In this document: in pieces, positions 29,873 to 40,071 of the stretch
Numbering within the stretch: position 1 is the first letter of the stretch
Layout: each line of letters opens with the position of its first letter
Assembly (NCBI GenBank): GCA_051546255.1
Contig: CP128815.1
Location: forward strand, 1,736,001-1,800,000
Source of the DNA: Meyerozyma guilliermondii
Taxonomy: Eukaryota
DNA length: 64,000 nt
Direction: 5' to 3'
Notes under the pieces: generated by a model
Databases searched by the model: none
The model's input: the letters and a program-made list of their open reading frames with translations, nothing else
Told to the model about the DNA's origin: nothing
Translations under genes and position numbers: made by a program

Positions 29873-32800
29873 CTACCCTTCTTCCTTGTACTTATCCTTG
29901 TTTTCTATGACATAGCGATCGTCAATCTCGTTGCTGAGGCCCATGAGTACTTTCAGTAGCGCTTCTGTAGTACCGATGATAGGTCGCATCAAAAGTATCG
30001 GCGACGACTTCGCTATTGCAGCCAAAGAGTCTGGCACATTGTCCGCACTAGCTATTTCCTCTTTGAGCTTAGTTAATGTGTTGCCCGTTGCACCAAGATT
30101 ACGTCCCATACTTTGGTACGCCTTACGAATGCCTTCTCTGGAGGTAACTGGTTGGTTCGAGTACAAACTAGTCAACTTTTCTTCCTCTCCACCAGCTACT
30201 TCGGTATCGCTTTCAAGGGTTTCATCAAATGCCAATTCGTCTTCAACTGTAGCGTAAAGCCCACTATCTCCGATGTCGTAATCGACCAATGCATCATGAA
30301 GAACATCGGGGTCAAAGTCTCCACTCTCATCAATCTCTGCAAACAGATACGATCTCGGTTTCTTATGCATATCCTTATCTGTGGTTGCCCTCTTTTGTAG
30401 TAGTTGTGATTTGGCCATAAGATCAGAAGCTGCTTTCTTAGTGGTCACAGCATACAAAAACTTTCCCTCATCTTCATCCACAGACGCCAGTCGTTGGCGT
30501 GTGTTTCTAGCCAGCGCTCCTTGTCCTCCCAAATACTGTTCTGACTGCTCAAGCAATACCTGTGTTCCAGACGTTAATTTTGCACCCAATCTTAAAAGCT
30601 CAGCGGTGGTGGATTTTGCAAACGCAAATGTGCCCTTGCGTACACTATTTGCAAGCCTACCATCCTTTTTGTACTCAGCAATGGGAATTGCAACGAGGTC
30701 CTTGAAACTTCCGCCTAAACTTACGAAAGATTTGAGCGGTGAAATTCCCGACAATAGTCCTGCTAATTGCGTTTGTTGAATCACAGGTCCCCACACGCGA
30801 CCCAAAGCCATCCCCAACTTCGGAATTCCAGGTATACCATACAATACGGTCCGTGGCAACTCCAAGTCAGAGCCATCTAGCACAAATATGTTCATGAACT
30901 CAGATGCATTTCCAGAACGCATGCCGGTGTAATCGATACTCTTCGGCTTGTAATCAAGCTTCAAACGAACCTGACCAAGGGAAAACTTTTGAATGTAAAG
31001 GATTTCATCTGGAGGAAGGTCAAAACGAACATCACGAAAATCAAGAAAACGGTTCAAAAAGTCGAGGGTATCCTGATCAATGTACATCCTCAAAGGAAGA
31101 ACTTCCAAATCAATCATGGCCTCGGTAGCGATAAGTGATGGGTCTGGTCGAACATTCACTAAATTTAATCGAGCCATGTGCGTTCCCTGTTCACGTTTTC
31201 CGAGGATGTTCATATAGGTCAAAAATTTGTTCCAGGTGGAAGATGGAACATTATCAACTATGTTACAGGTGTGCAATTTGAGGTCAATGGAGTTCATGAG
31301 CTCGTAAGGTCGACTCAGTTCGAATGGTTCGGTATTGGGGTCTCGTGTTGAAAACACTTTCACATCCGCTGAAACATCAAGAACCTCAACCATCATTTTA
31401 TGGTGGGTGGACCGTCTTAGATGAAGATTCTGGTATGCCTTTAAGGAGCCTTTGGGAGTCGTTTTTTTTTTGTCTGTCAGCACCTGGTCATTGATTCTCG
31501 CAGCTAGATCATCAACATTGCCATCAGTAGGAACCGACAAATGTATTGATTTGTACAATGTTTCCTCAATAACTCCACCAGCGCCCGTTTCAAAGCTGAC
31601 TCGGGGCTCTTGGTTTGTCAGATTAGTAGACGAGGAATTTGGTGCCGAATCATTTTGGCCGGCTTCAGATCTATCCAACTCTTGTTCAACTCGACGTATG
31701 GCGCTTTTGATTCCCTTCCGAGTCAGCTTCCAGTCATACCCATCATAAAGGTAAATCACGGCTTTTCCAAGATTCAAAGTCAAATCAATTTTGCTGGACT
31801 CAGAGGTCTCCTTTTTCACAGAAGAAGCGAAATGATCCTCCTGGATCAGAATACCAGAAGAAAGTTCTGAGTCGACGAGCTCCAACGAGCCGATTGCTTG
31901 ATCGATTTGCAGTACTTCATCATCCGTTGCAAATGCTGCCAGCATATATTTCTCGTCAAGCATCGATAATAAGTTGATAGTTTCATTCGTCTTGACCTTA
32001 CATTTTTCATGTTCTTGTAAAGATATTGGATCAGTCATATCGTTCAACAGTTGCGTTAGCGTATGAGCTGAATCTGCACACACTTCAAGCTGGAGCTCGT
32101 CGGCATTGACTTTGATTTCGAGCTTGGCGCCACCGCCTGGATTCTCAGCAGATGATACCGCCACATGCAAACTAGTAACCGTTCCAAGTGGAATGTAGCC
32201 TATGTCTGAAAAATACTCAAGAGGTCCCGGTTCTGAATGATACCCTTTCAGACTGGAATGGAACTTCTTCCGGTTACTAACATCGTCAATCACGTAAAGT
32301 TGAACTTCCTTCAAGGTGCTCTTCATGACAGTTCGACTATCGGCACATCGAACGTCGGAAGTGCATTTTTCGATGGAAGCAATGCATTTGCTCCGAAGTC
32401 GACCAGGATTGAATGCTAAGGCACAATCGTTGAAAGTCAAGTACAAATCAAATCTTTTCAGTGCATTTTTCGGCGTATTGGATGGATTCTGTTTTTCATT
32501 CGAGGACGATTGGGATTGAAACTTCTTTAGGAGCGAAACCCAAGAAGCATGATATTCAAGCTTTAAACGATTAAAATGGATATCCAAGGCACTCAGTTTG
32601 TCACGATTGCGGACATTGAACAAAATTAGTGGAGTCTTCACAGGAGATTCGAGCTCAGTAAAGTCAGACAACAAGTACTGAGAAGACTTATCTGGGGTTT
32701 TCCTCGCTGAAAGAAGTCGCAATACTGAACCGTGGATTTCATCCTTCGATTTGAAGACAAGAATATCATCGAGAAGTAGTTCGAGGCTGCCAAAAATGTC

Positions 32801-35110
32801 ATCAAGCTCCAACAAAAATCTGAACTTTTCGATATGGAGACTAAAAGTAGATGCCATAGATCTAACATTTCCCATTAGAATGTTGGGAATTCCCGTAGCA
32901 TTACCTCTCCTTCTACTTGAAGCATAGTGAGATACTGACATCGATAAGTCTGCCTTCGTCTCGAAGGAGGATTTTTGTGGGACAGACGAAGTATAATCTA
33001 GATTTTGAACCAAGTCACGAAACCTGTCGCTCAAAAGAGTAAGATGCGAATGCAGAATCAGCCCGGAAACCTTTGCGATGTTGATCGAGCTCGAAGAATC
33101 GACTGAAGTTGTTCGTCCTGCTGCCTTTGGATTATGGCCCGATCTAATGTAAGCCGTGAAACTCTTGCCAGCAGTTTTGTACTCAACTGATTGCATGGAA
33201 ATGAGTGGAATGTCAGATCGTCCTTCGATTTGAATTGTCAGCACAATTCTATCTATCGTCATCCCCCCTCGCTTGCTGCTGAATGAGATGGGAAACACCA
33301 TCCAACTCAAAGTTGAGATCTCATCAAGAACAAGCTCAAACGTAAAAGTTGCGGTTTGCAACGTCAAATCAGATTCTGAATCTTCGACTGGCTTGCTTGC
33401 TGCAGACATATGGCGAGCCGCCGATAGTTGCTGTGTAGCTCCTTGAACATCGCTCAAGACGTAGAAAAACCCAAGAAGACTCAGAAGTGACTCCGAATCC
33501 AACTTTATATGGCAGGGTTTTGACATCAAGAATGTAATTTCTCGTACACCCTTGCTTATAAAGTACTCAAATCTTAGGTCGGCTCTAGGTTTATCAGGTT
33601 TCCGATTGATCGAATCTGAACCTTCCCTGAACAGAAGTACATCACGAGTGGAACCCCCAGACTCAAAATAAATATGAATTTTTTCAACACCACCAAATAT
33701 GAGTTCGTTATCGCGTTGCAGTATGTTAATATTGGAGAGCAGAAGTGCCATATGAGACGACGAGAGAAAGTTTCCTGCTTCGTCTAAAGCCGAGGATGTG
33801 CTTATTGCGATGCTTGATATATGCAACTTTTCGAAAAGAGAATTACTCGAAGACTCTTCGCTAGACATCTCATCATCGTCAGTATACTGAGGGAAACGAT
33901 CGTTACGTGTTTTAAGATCCTGCTTTCGATATTGTTGATTGCGAAGCTTAAAGTTTCGGGTCAAAGAAGATAAGATTGCCACGACAGTGGCAGTGGCTGG
34001 AATTGTTGCAACCTTGACGTTTCCCACGTCAATATTAATATCCGAAATTGACGAAAGACCCTTAAATGTGAAGGAGAGGCTATCAATGTGAGCAATGGTG
34101 GTCTGAGTATTTCTAGAAAATGCTGTGGAGCCAGGAGCAGCGTTTTTGCTGAAGGAGCGAGAAGTAGCACTCATGTAGATGGAGCTGGCTTCATCATGGG
34201 TAAAAACCATACTATCCATGAGCTCTGAGCCCTCGTTTGAATCATTGGAGTTGTTGGAGTCGTAATCATTATCATCGTTTTCGCCTTCATTATCATCGCC
34301 TTCATTTTCATCGATTTCATCAATTTCATTATCATTAGTATTCGTTTCTTCGTCTTTTGCTTCTTCATTTCTTGACGTTTGTCCAGCAGACAGAGACTTA
34401 TCGCCCGTAGGCATGCCTGGTTTTAGCGTAAAGACACTTATATCTTCGACTGATATTTGTCTTACACCATCTGTAGTCTTCATGTGAGCGGTGTGTAATT
34501 TGATAGCAATATCCACCTCTTCCAGAACAACTTTGATGACAAGATTCTTGATTGTAACCTGGAGCTTCTGAAGTGCTATCTCGACTGCCTTCGCCATGAC
34601 GCCTCCAAGTGCTGATCGTTTCGTTTCTTGTTTGTCGTCTTCGTCATTTGCTGAGCTTTTAGCATCAATATCATGATCATTATCAGAGTCAATAACCTTG
34701 GAGTCACCCGAGTCATCTTCCACATCAGTATCATTGTCCTCATCGATTCCATCATCTTCCATCGTCTCCATCATACTTGCCAAATTGGCGGTGCTTTGTG
34801 CCAACGAAAACTGAACATCATGGTTGTCCAAACTCGGAGCTACAACAATTTCTATGTCACTTGCATCTATATTGACTCCTCCCATGACACCTCCGTTAAG
34901 TTCTAGCGTCCCTACTTGTCCATATCGAAGGTTAAAGCCTGGAAGTTTACCCATCTTCTCTGGATCAAGGGACACATTTCTTAACACGATATTGTTTAGA
35001 GACACTTCTTCCAAGTTGGGAAGGTCTATTTCCGAGAAGAGCGAGAGCTGCTGTAGTACATAGAGCAAGAGTCGCTTCTGGATGTTCTGGGGCATCCATT
35101 GCGGACTCAT
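29873..35110 (-). CDS. ATG2: Autophagy lipid-transfer protein Atg2
   Basis: MSPQWMPQNIQKRLL (Chorein_N), LYDGYDW, PLRMYIDQDTLDFL, LKLDYKPK, SLYSNQP, RPIIGTTEA. Confidence 0.95.
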   Translation of the reverse strand: MSPQWMPQNIQKRLLLYVLQQLSLFSEIDLPNLEEVSLNNIVLRNVSLDPEKMGKLPGFNLRYGQVGTLELNGGVMGGVNIDASDIEIVVAPSLDNHDVQFSLAQSTANLASMMETMEDDGIDEDNDTDVEDDSGDSKVIDSDNDHDIDAKSSANDEDDKQETKRSALGGVMAKAVEIALQKLQVTIKNLVIKVVLEEVDIAIKLHTAHMKTTDGVRQISVEDISVFTLKPGMPTGDKSLSAGQTSRNEEAKDEETNTNDNEIDEIDENEGDDNEGENDDNDYDSNNSNDSNEGSELMDSMVFTHDEASSIYMSATSRSFSKNAAPGSTAFSRNTQTTIAHIDSLSFTFKGLSSISDINIDVGNVKVATIPATATVVAILSSLTRNFKLRNQQYRKQDLKTRNDRFPQYTDDDEMSSEESSSNSLFEKLHISSIAISTSSALDEAGNFLSSSHMALLLSNINILQRDNELIFGGVEKIHIYFESGGSTRDVLLFREGSDSINRKPDKPRADLRFEYFISKGVREITFLMSKPCHIKLDSESLLSLLGFFYVLSDVQGATQQLSAARHMSAASKPVEDSESDLTLQTATFTFELVLDEISTLSWMVFPISFSSKRGGMTIDRIVLTIQIEGRSDIPLISMQSVEYKTAGKSFTAYIRSGHNPKAAGRTTSVDSSSSINIAKVSGLILHSHLTLLSDRFRDLVQNLDYTSSVPQKSSFETKADLSMSVSHYASSRRRGNATGIPNILMGNVRSMASTFSLHIEKFRFLLELDDIFGSLELLLDDILVFKSKDEIHGSVLRLLSARKTPDKSSQYLLSDFTELESPVKTPLILFNVRNRDKLSALDIHFNRLKLEYHASWVSLLKKFQSQSSSNEKQNPSNTPKNALKRFDLYLTFNDCALAFNPGRLRSKCIASIEKCTSDVRCADSRTVMKSTLKEVQLYVIDDVSNRKKFHSSLKGYHSEPGPLEYFSDIGYIPLGTVTSLHVAVSSAENPGGGAKLEIKVNADELQLEVCADSAHTLTQLLNDMTDPISLQEHEKCKVKTNETINLLSMLDEKYMLAAFATDDEVLQIDQAIGSLELVDSELSSGILIQEDHFASSVKKETSESSKIDLTLNLGKAVIYLYDGYDWKLTRKGIKSAIRRVEQELDRSEAGQNDSAPNSSSTNLTNQEPRVSFETGAGGVIEETLYKSIHLSVPTDGNVDDLAARINDQVLTDKKKTTPKGSLKAYQNLHLRRSTHHKMMVEVLDVSADVKVFSTRDPNTEPFELSRPYELMNSIDLKLHTCNIVDNVPSSTWNKFLTYMNILGKREQGTHMARLNLVNVRPDPSLIATEAMIDLEVLPLRMYIDQDTLDFLNRFLDFRDVRFDLPPDEILYIQKFSLGQVRLKLDYKPKSIDYTGMRSGNASEFMNIFVLDGSDLELPRTVLYGIPGIPKLGMALGRVWGPVIQQTQLAGLLSGISPLKSFVSLGGSFKDLVAIPIAEYKKDGRLANSVRKGTFAFAKSTTAELLRLGAKLTSGTQVLLEQSEQYLGGQGALARNTRQRLASVDEDEGKFLYAVTTKKAASDLMAKSQLLQKRATTDKDMHKKPRSYLFAEIDESGDFDPDVLHDALVDYDIGDSGLYATVEDELAFDETLESDTEVAGGEEEKLTSLYSNQPVTSREGIRKAYQSMGRNLGATGNTLTKLKEEIASADNVPDSLAAIAKSSPILLMRPIIGTTEALLKVLMGLSNEIDDRYVIENKDKYKEEG

Positions 35111-35220
35111 CTCCGTATAAGTAGTTAGTGAGTATATTCAAGTCAGCAAGATAAGATCGCACCCATGCACCACTTATCGGGACGAGAAGACAGAGAGGAA
35201 GAATAGAATGTAGTTGAAGT

Positions 35221-35227
35221 TGAGTCA
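35221..35227. promoter_or_regulatory. Gcn4 site upstream of ATG2
   Basis: TGAGTCA about 110 bp upstream of the ATG2 start. Confidence 0.4.
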
Positions 35228-35323
35228 GCACTGCTTAAGGATTGATGGCTGTATTATTATCGTATCTCATGAAATGTAGCTGGTTTGTGCTCTAATAGTG
35301 TGGCGGCAACTTGAACTATTGAA

Positions 35324-36577
35324 TTATTTGCACCTGCCAAATGGGGTCGGGGTCCAGTCCAGTACTGGCTCAAACAATCGTACTGTAGTCCTTTGTCTTT
35401 TAGGAGAGTTTGAGATAACGTTGTTGGTCTTTTGGTTGTCTGTGACACCCAATATATCTTCTAAGCTTGGTGTGGAGTACTGGGCCAATTCTGCTTGTCG
35501 CTTGGCTTCCGCAGTCTGTTTCTGCATTTTCTCTTGAATTTCTGGCAGTAGCATATTAGTAGCCACAAATATCTGGTCTCGAAGAGAAAGTAGCTCAAAC
35601 TTTTCTTGAGGCTTCAAGTTTTGCGTTCCATGTATAACCTTCTCCGAAATGTCCCATAGGCTATCCTTGGAGCAGCTTTGTACCATCAATTTCATAATTG
35701 CTTCACACCATTCACGTGCATGATCTGGCGGTACCCTTCCATTTGCAGCGGCATCCCTTACAGCAATCAAAACGTCCACCTGAAAGTCCAAGCCTAACTC
35801 TTCAAACAAGGGCTTATATAGCTTTGTGACTAGCGAATTGAACTTTTGTTTTTTCGATTTTGACTTATTGGCAAACATAAAGTTACCTTCAACTAGTGTT
35901 GTTGCTAACAACTTTGTGCTAGTTGATTTTAGAGCCTTTACAGCTGTCCAGTACTTTGAACCTGTATCGGAGGAGTTTCCAAACTTGTATATCATATCCA
36001 AGTTTTCTTTACGGATAGACTTATAGGTCTTGAGATGGCTTATTGTTTCGTCTCGTGTAGCTGTTTCCGATTCAGTTGGGATTGCGTCGCCGTTTGAAAC
36101 GACAGGAACCAGTTCTATACCACTCCAGTAGTTATCAAATAGCCATGTTAGTGCTCGATTGCAAGCTATTCGCAGCATGTGGAGTGATGGAAGCAGCTCG
36201 TGAGTACCCATGTGCCGAAGCTCAACGAAAAAGCTCGGCAAGTTTAAACTCTTCGCCAAAGTATGGAGCGGAATGGCATAGTTGGATTGCTGCATCGGAT
36301 CCAAAAGACCATTGACAAATCGAATAAGAGCCATGGCGTATGATAAACGAAGGACGTTCGTGTCAGGTGAGTCGTTTCCGTTATCTTGAAGGTGTACGGA
36401 CGTTAATAATGCCGTCGACTCCAAGCCATGAGGAAGTTTTCCTCTAGTCGAAAGAGCTCTCACTCGCTTTATTGCACGCACCCTATCATCCTTTACGTCC
36501 AGAAAATCATAAAACCAGCCCTTTAGCTCCGAGAGGTCTGCGCTGGACCGATAACACACAATTGAGGGGTGTTTCAT
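35324..36577 (-). CDS. LAS1: Pre-rRNA ITS2 C2 HEPN endonuclease Las1
   Basis: Likely start MKHPSIV at 36577. RGKLPH..ESTA, YAMALIRFVNGLLD, HEPN motif ELRHMGTH, C-terminal WTPTPFG. Confidence 0.92.
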   Translation of the reverse strand: MKHPSIVCYRSSADLSELKGWFYDFLDVKDDRVRAIKRVRALSTRGKLPHGLESTALLTSVHLQDNGNDSPDTNVLRLSYAMALIRFVNGLLDPMQQSNYAIPLHTLAKSLNLPSFFVELRHMGTHELLPSLHMLRIACNRALTWLFDNYWSGIELVPVVSNGDAIPTESETATRDETISHLKTYKSIRKENLDMIYKFGNSSDTGSKYWTAVKALKSTSTKLLATTLVEGNFMFANKSKSKKQKFNSLVTKLYKPLFEELGLDFQVDVLIAVRDAAANGRVPPDHAREWCEAIMKLMVQSCSKDSLWDISEKVIHGTQNLKPQEKFELLSLRDQIFVATNMLLPEIQEKMQKQTAEAKRQAELAQYSTPSLEDILGVTDNQKTNNVISNSPKRQRTTVRLFEPVLDWTPTPFGRCK

Positions 36578-37218
36578 GCACAAAAACAATTCGTGTCTGG
36601 TGCGGCCATCATGAATCTTCGGCGATGATGTACTGTATACAAGCACACTTCAAGCCTTACCACACGAAGCACCCACCAGCCCTTCGGCTCCGCAGATTCG
36701 GACTTTACATGAATGTGGGGCAACATTGTTCTTCTGTGGCCCAATACTGTCAACTTTTCAAAATATGAACGTGCCCCACCTACCCCACACCAACCTGCAT
36801 AGCACAAGGGTTTAACACCGCCCACGAAAATGCCGTGATGCCCAAAGCACAACATACGAACAAAAAGGGCGGCTTCTCGAATCCAACAAATCCGAAAAAT
36901 TCAACTTTGCTGTTGGTGCTGTTTCCTCATCAAATCTCTTCCTTTTTTTTTACCTCGTAGCAAAGACTATTATCCACTTTTTCAATATTCCATCTTTACT
37001 CTGGATGGTTCAAAACAGTTTGACGATTTCCCGCCCTCAAGTGCTAAAGACCACACAATGAAGATGGGCAGCGTAAACAGTGGCGCATTCTATACATGTG
37101 AGACGTCACTCTATTTTTGCTCCCCACCTTTCGGACTTTGATACTATCACCGAGACCGGATTTTGCAGCATTTGCAACACCCATATATAACACAGATTGT
37201 ACCATGTAATTATCACCA

Positions 37219-37989
37219 ATGTCATCCATCCAATCTTATGGTAGCAAAAACGATGTGTCGCACGATTCAGAGAACATTGGCCGTGTAGAGGCCACTGGCG
37301 CTGGCGACGAGCTTATTAGACTCGGGGATAAGACGTACTATAAGCATGAACTCATGCTGGCATTCGGTGGTACTTTGAATGTAGAAAGGTACGCTCCTTA
37401 TCCAAAACACCAATTTGCCAATGCTGCAGCCCTTGGACTTGCTGCCTTTGCCTTGACAACTTTTACTTTGGGATTGTACTATGCTGGAGCCATGGGAGTC
37501 AAGATTCCTAATGTTGTTGTATCACTCACATTTTTCTATGGTGGTATTGTTCAATTTTTGGCGGGAGTTTGGGAATTGGCCATTGGAAATACCTTTGCAG
37601 GCACGGCATTTGCAAGTTACGGGCCATTTTGGTTTGGATTTGGTTCCATTTTTATTGAAAGTTTCGGAATTTCTGAGGCTTATAAGGACGAACCGGAGCA
37701 ACTTGCGAATGCAATTGGCTTTATGCTTGTGGGATGGTCCATCTTTACATTCTTGATGGTCTTGTGTACTCTCAAGTCCACAGTGATGCTTTTGGCTTTG
37801 TTTGTTACCTTGGATCTCACATTCATCATTTTGGCTGCGGCGAACTTCACTGGTAAAGCATCGTGCCAAACCGCTGGCGGTGTCATGGCAGTAATCTCGG
37901 CGTGCTGTGGGTTCTATAACGCATTTGCGGGTGTAGCAACACCTCAAAACTCGTACATCAGGGCCAACCCAATCGCACTTCCTGGTTAG
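37219..37989 (+). CDS. ATO/Gpr1/Fun34/YaaH-family acetate/ammonia transporter
   Basis: AFGGTLN, LGLAAFALTTF, FYGG.VQFLAG.WE, GNTF, SYG.FW. The paralogue cannot be assigned. Confidence 0.93.
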   Translation: MSSIQSYGSKNDVSHDSENIGRVEATGAGDELIRLGDKTYYKHELMLAFGGTLNVERYAPYPKHQFANAAALGLAAFALTTFTLGLYYAGAMGVKIPNVVVSLTFFYGGIVQFLAGVWELAIGNTFAGTAFASYGPFWFGFGSIFIESFGISEAYKDEPEQLANAIGFMLVGWSIFTFLMVLCTLKSTVMLLALFVTLDLTFIILAAANFTGKASCQTAGGVMAVISACCGFYNAFAGVATPQNSYIRANPIALPG

Positions 37990-39152
37990 GTGTATAGTTC
38001 GACAGCCGACCAAAGTTGTTGTGCTTCGAAAGTAATATTTGGTTCTAGTTTTCGCAATTGTAGACTCTGGGAGTTTGCTACTTCTCCAGCTATCACGTTG
38101 GTGTAGGGAAATTTCAGATGATAAAGGAGTTCATCCATGGACCGATCGGTAAAATCATCTTTCAGATCGCCGTTGCAACTAATGAGAACAACTCCAACAA
38201 GAACACCACTCAAGCCCACTAATACCCAAAGAAGCTGACTCACGGTCATTCTATCGTGAAGAAGCTGATTGAAAAGCAAGTCGTTGATCAAATTTATGAG
38301 GTTGTAAACCAAAAAACAGAGCGGGTAAAGGATAGTGGTCAGGATCTGGGCAAGGCCAAGATTGAACGCGGCGAGTTGACAACCAATGATCGCTAGCATG
38401 AACACAAGAAGTAGGTAGGGCGTGGCACCACCAGCAAACAAGGAGCGGCCAGCGCCCAGAGGGTGATTCCACAAGGAAGCCACCACCACATCGAGAATTG
38501 ATTTGGCAAAAAGAAATGTATGTGCCGTCAATGAGCCGGAGATGAGTCCATAATTAATGCCCTTGATGAACAGGTAGCGGCATATGAGCGGGAAAGTTGA
38601 CTTTGTTCGTTTTTTGCGGGAACTCAATATTTTTTGCCGGGTTGTCAATATAGAATTGATCATCAATAGAAGACCCATTACCACAAAAGTAGTTATAAAC
38701 CAAGAGCCAAACGACAGCGCCGTCAACTTTTGAACCACCTCCTTAAACCTATGGGCCGGCAGCAGGTCCTGGGGTGGTAACGGAGGAACATTTCCATGGT
38801 AAGCGATCAAAAATGCTCCCAATGCTATGACCACCGTTCCCGTCACCAACTTGTAAGTAAATCGTTCACCCAAAAACATACAGCCAAAAACTGAGTTGAA
38901 GATAAGTCCAATGCTCTGGAGCGGTGATAGTATAATCAAAGGAAGGGTGGTTATTTGGATCAACGAGCCCAAAACGTTGGTGACAATGAATAGGAAGAAA
39001 CCTAGAAGCCACATATTTCGCTTTCTCTGATGGCTATGAGCATGTTGATTTGATATAAGATGAGATTTGCGTTGCAACGTAATTCCAAATGACTGAACAG
39101 CGGAAGAAATCACCGCTACCGTACAGCCAATAACGGTTTGTGGTGGAAGCAT
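37986..39152 (-). CDS. NIPA-like (DUF803) membrane transporter
   Basis: SFGITLQRKSH, W..GF.LF, LPLIILSPLQSIGLIFNS; multiple TM helices. Confidence 0.75.
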   Translation of the reverse strand: MLPPQTVIGCTVAVISSAVQSFGITLQRKSHLISNQHAHSHQRKRNMWLLGFFLFIVTNVLGSLIQITTLPLIILSPLQSIGLIFNSVFGCMFLGERFTYKLVTGTVVIALGAFLIAYHGNVPPLPPQDLLPAHRFKEVVQKLTALSFGSWFITTFVVMGLLLMINSILTTRQKILSSRKKRTKSTFPLICRYLFIKGINYGLISGSLTAHTFLFAKSILDVVVASLWNHPLGAGRSLFAGGATPYLLLVFMLAIIGCQLAAFNLGLAQILTTILYPLCFLVYNLINLINDLLFNQLLHDRMTVSQLLWVLVGLSGVLVGVVLISCNGDLKDDFTDRSMDELLYHLKFPYTNVIAGEVANSQSLQLRKLEPNITFEAQQLWSAVELYT

Positions 39153-39270
39153 GATAAACTAGATGGCAGCCGCAGCACGACGTGTTAAGTGTGGGGTCTG
39201 CCTGCAGGAACACGGAACACATGCAGGACTTTTCAAAACAGACGCTCGAAAACGGTTCTATTACAAGCTC

Positions 39271-39987
39271 ATGGAGTCTGCCATCAACCACATCATATAC
39301 AGCCTTGAAGGGCAGCTGTGGGAGGAGATCTGTGCTGGCGTAATCGAGTTGAATGACTTTCTAGCTCTGTTAGTTCCTTATGTCGCCACGGCTCGGAATT
39401 CTCTGACAAAGCATCCTAGTTTGGCGCGTTTTCTAGCACTTCAAGACGGGTTTCAGCACAATTTAGCTTCTAGATTGCTTTGCGTGTACCGATATACAAA
39501 AGTGGACAATATTCAGGGCGAAAAATATATGGAAACAATCTTAATGACCAACAGATTGCTTCAAGGATTGCTCCTACTCCATCCAGATTCACGTCTGGTG
39601 TTCTCCAGCGCTTCAAATATGCAGTGTGTGCTTCAGTTTGTCGGTAGGAAAGACCTTCCGCTGGGGTTGATGGTACTGTTCGTGTCTACACTCATCCATA
39701 TTCTTCTCAAGAATTCCAAGAATATGCGCCAGTTCGAGCAATTGAACGGCTGTACTGCCGTCATTCAGCACCTAGCACTCCTGTCGCTCACCGAGGCACC
39801 CCAAGAACACCTGCAGCAGCAGGAACTCAACTTCAAAATCATCGAATTTCTTTTGTTCTATTTCATCGACGAGTCTCCTCTCCCGCCACCCCGCCTATCC
39901 ACCGCGCAAAAAATTGAGCTTTTCCGACCGGGGTTTTCCCACATTGACGTCCTCGTTCGAAATTTGGACGATCTTCGTGCTGTTTGA
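39271..39987 (+). CDS. SIN-component Cdc14-like protein (S. pombe Sid1 partner family, not the phosphatase)
   Basis: Probable start MES at 39271. F..LQ.GF.HN, LLQGLLLLHPDSR..F, N.R.FE..NG, FKIIEFLLFY resemble the fungal SIN Cdc14 family. Confidence 0.65.
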   Translation: MESAINHIIYSLEGQLWEEICAGVIELNDFLALLVPYVATARNSLTKHPSLARFLALQDGFQHNLASRLLCVYRYTKVDNIQGEKYMETILMTNRLLQGLLLLHPDSRLVFSSASNMQCVLQFVGRKDLPLGLMVLFVSTLIHILLKNSKNMRQFEQLNGCTAVIQHLALLSLTEAPQEHLQQQELNFKIIEFLLFYFIDESPLPPPRLSTAQKIELFRPGFSHIDVLVRNLDDLRAV

Positions 39988-40071
39988 TACCCAGAGCCTC
40001 TTGCCTGGTTTCGACATCCATGCACCACAAGCATGCCTGCATTTTCTCCGCGACTCGTTGTATTTTCAAAC

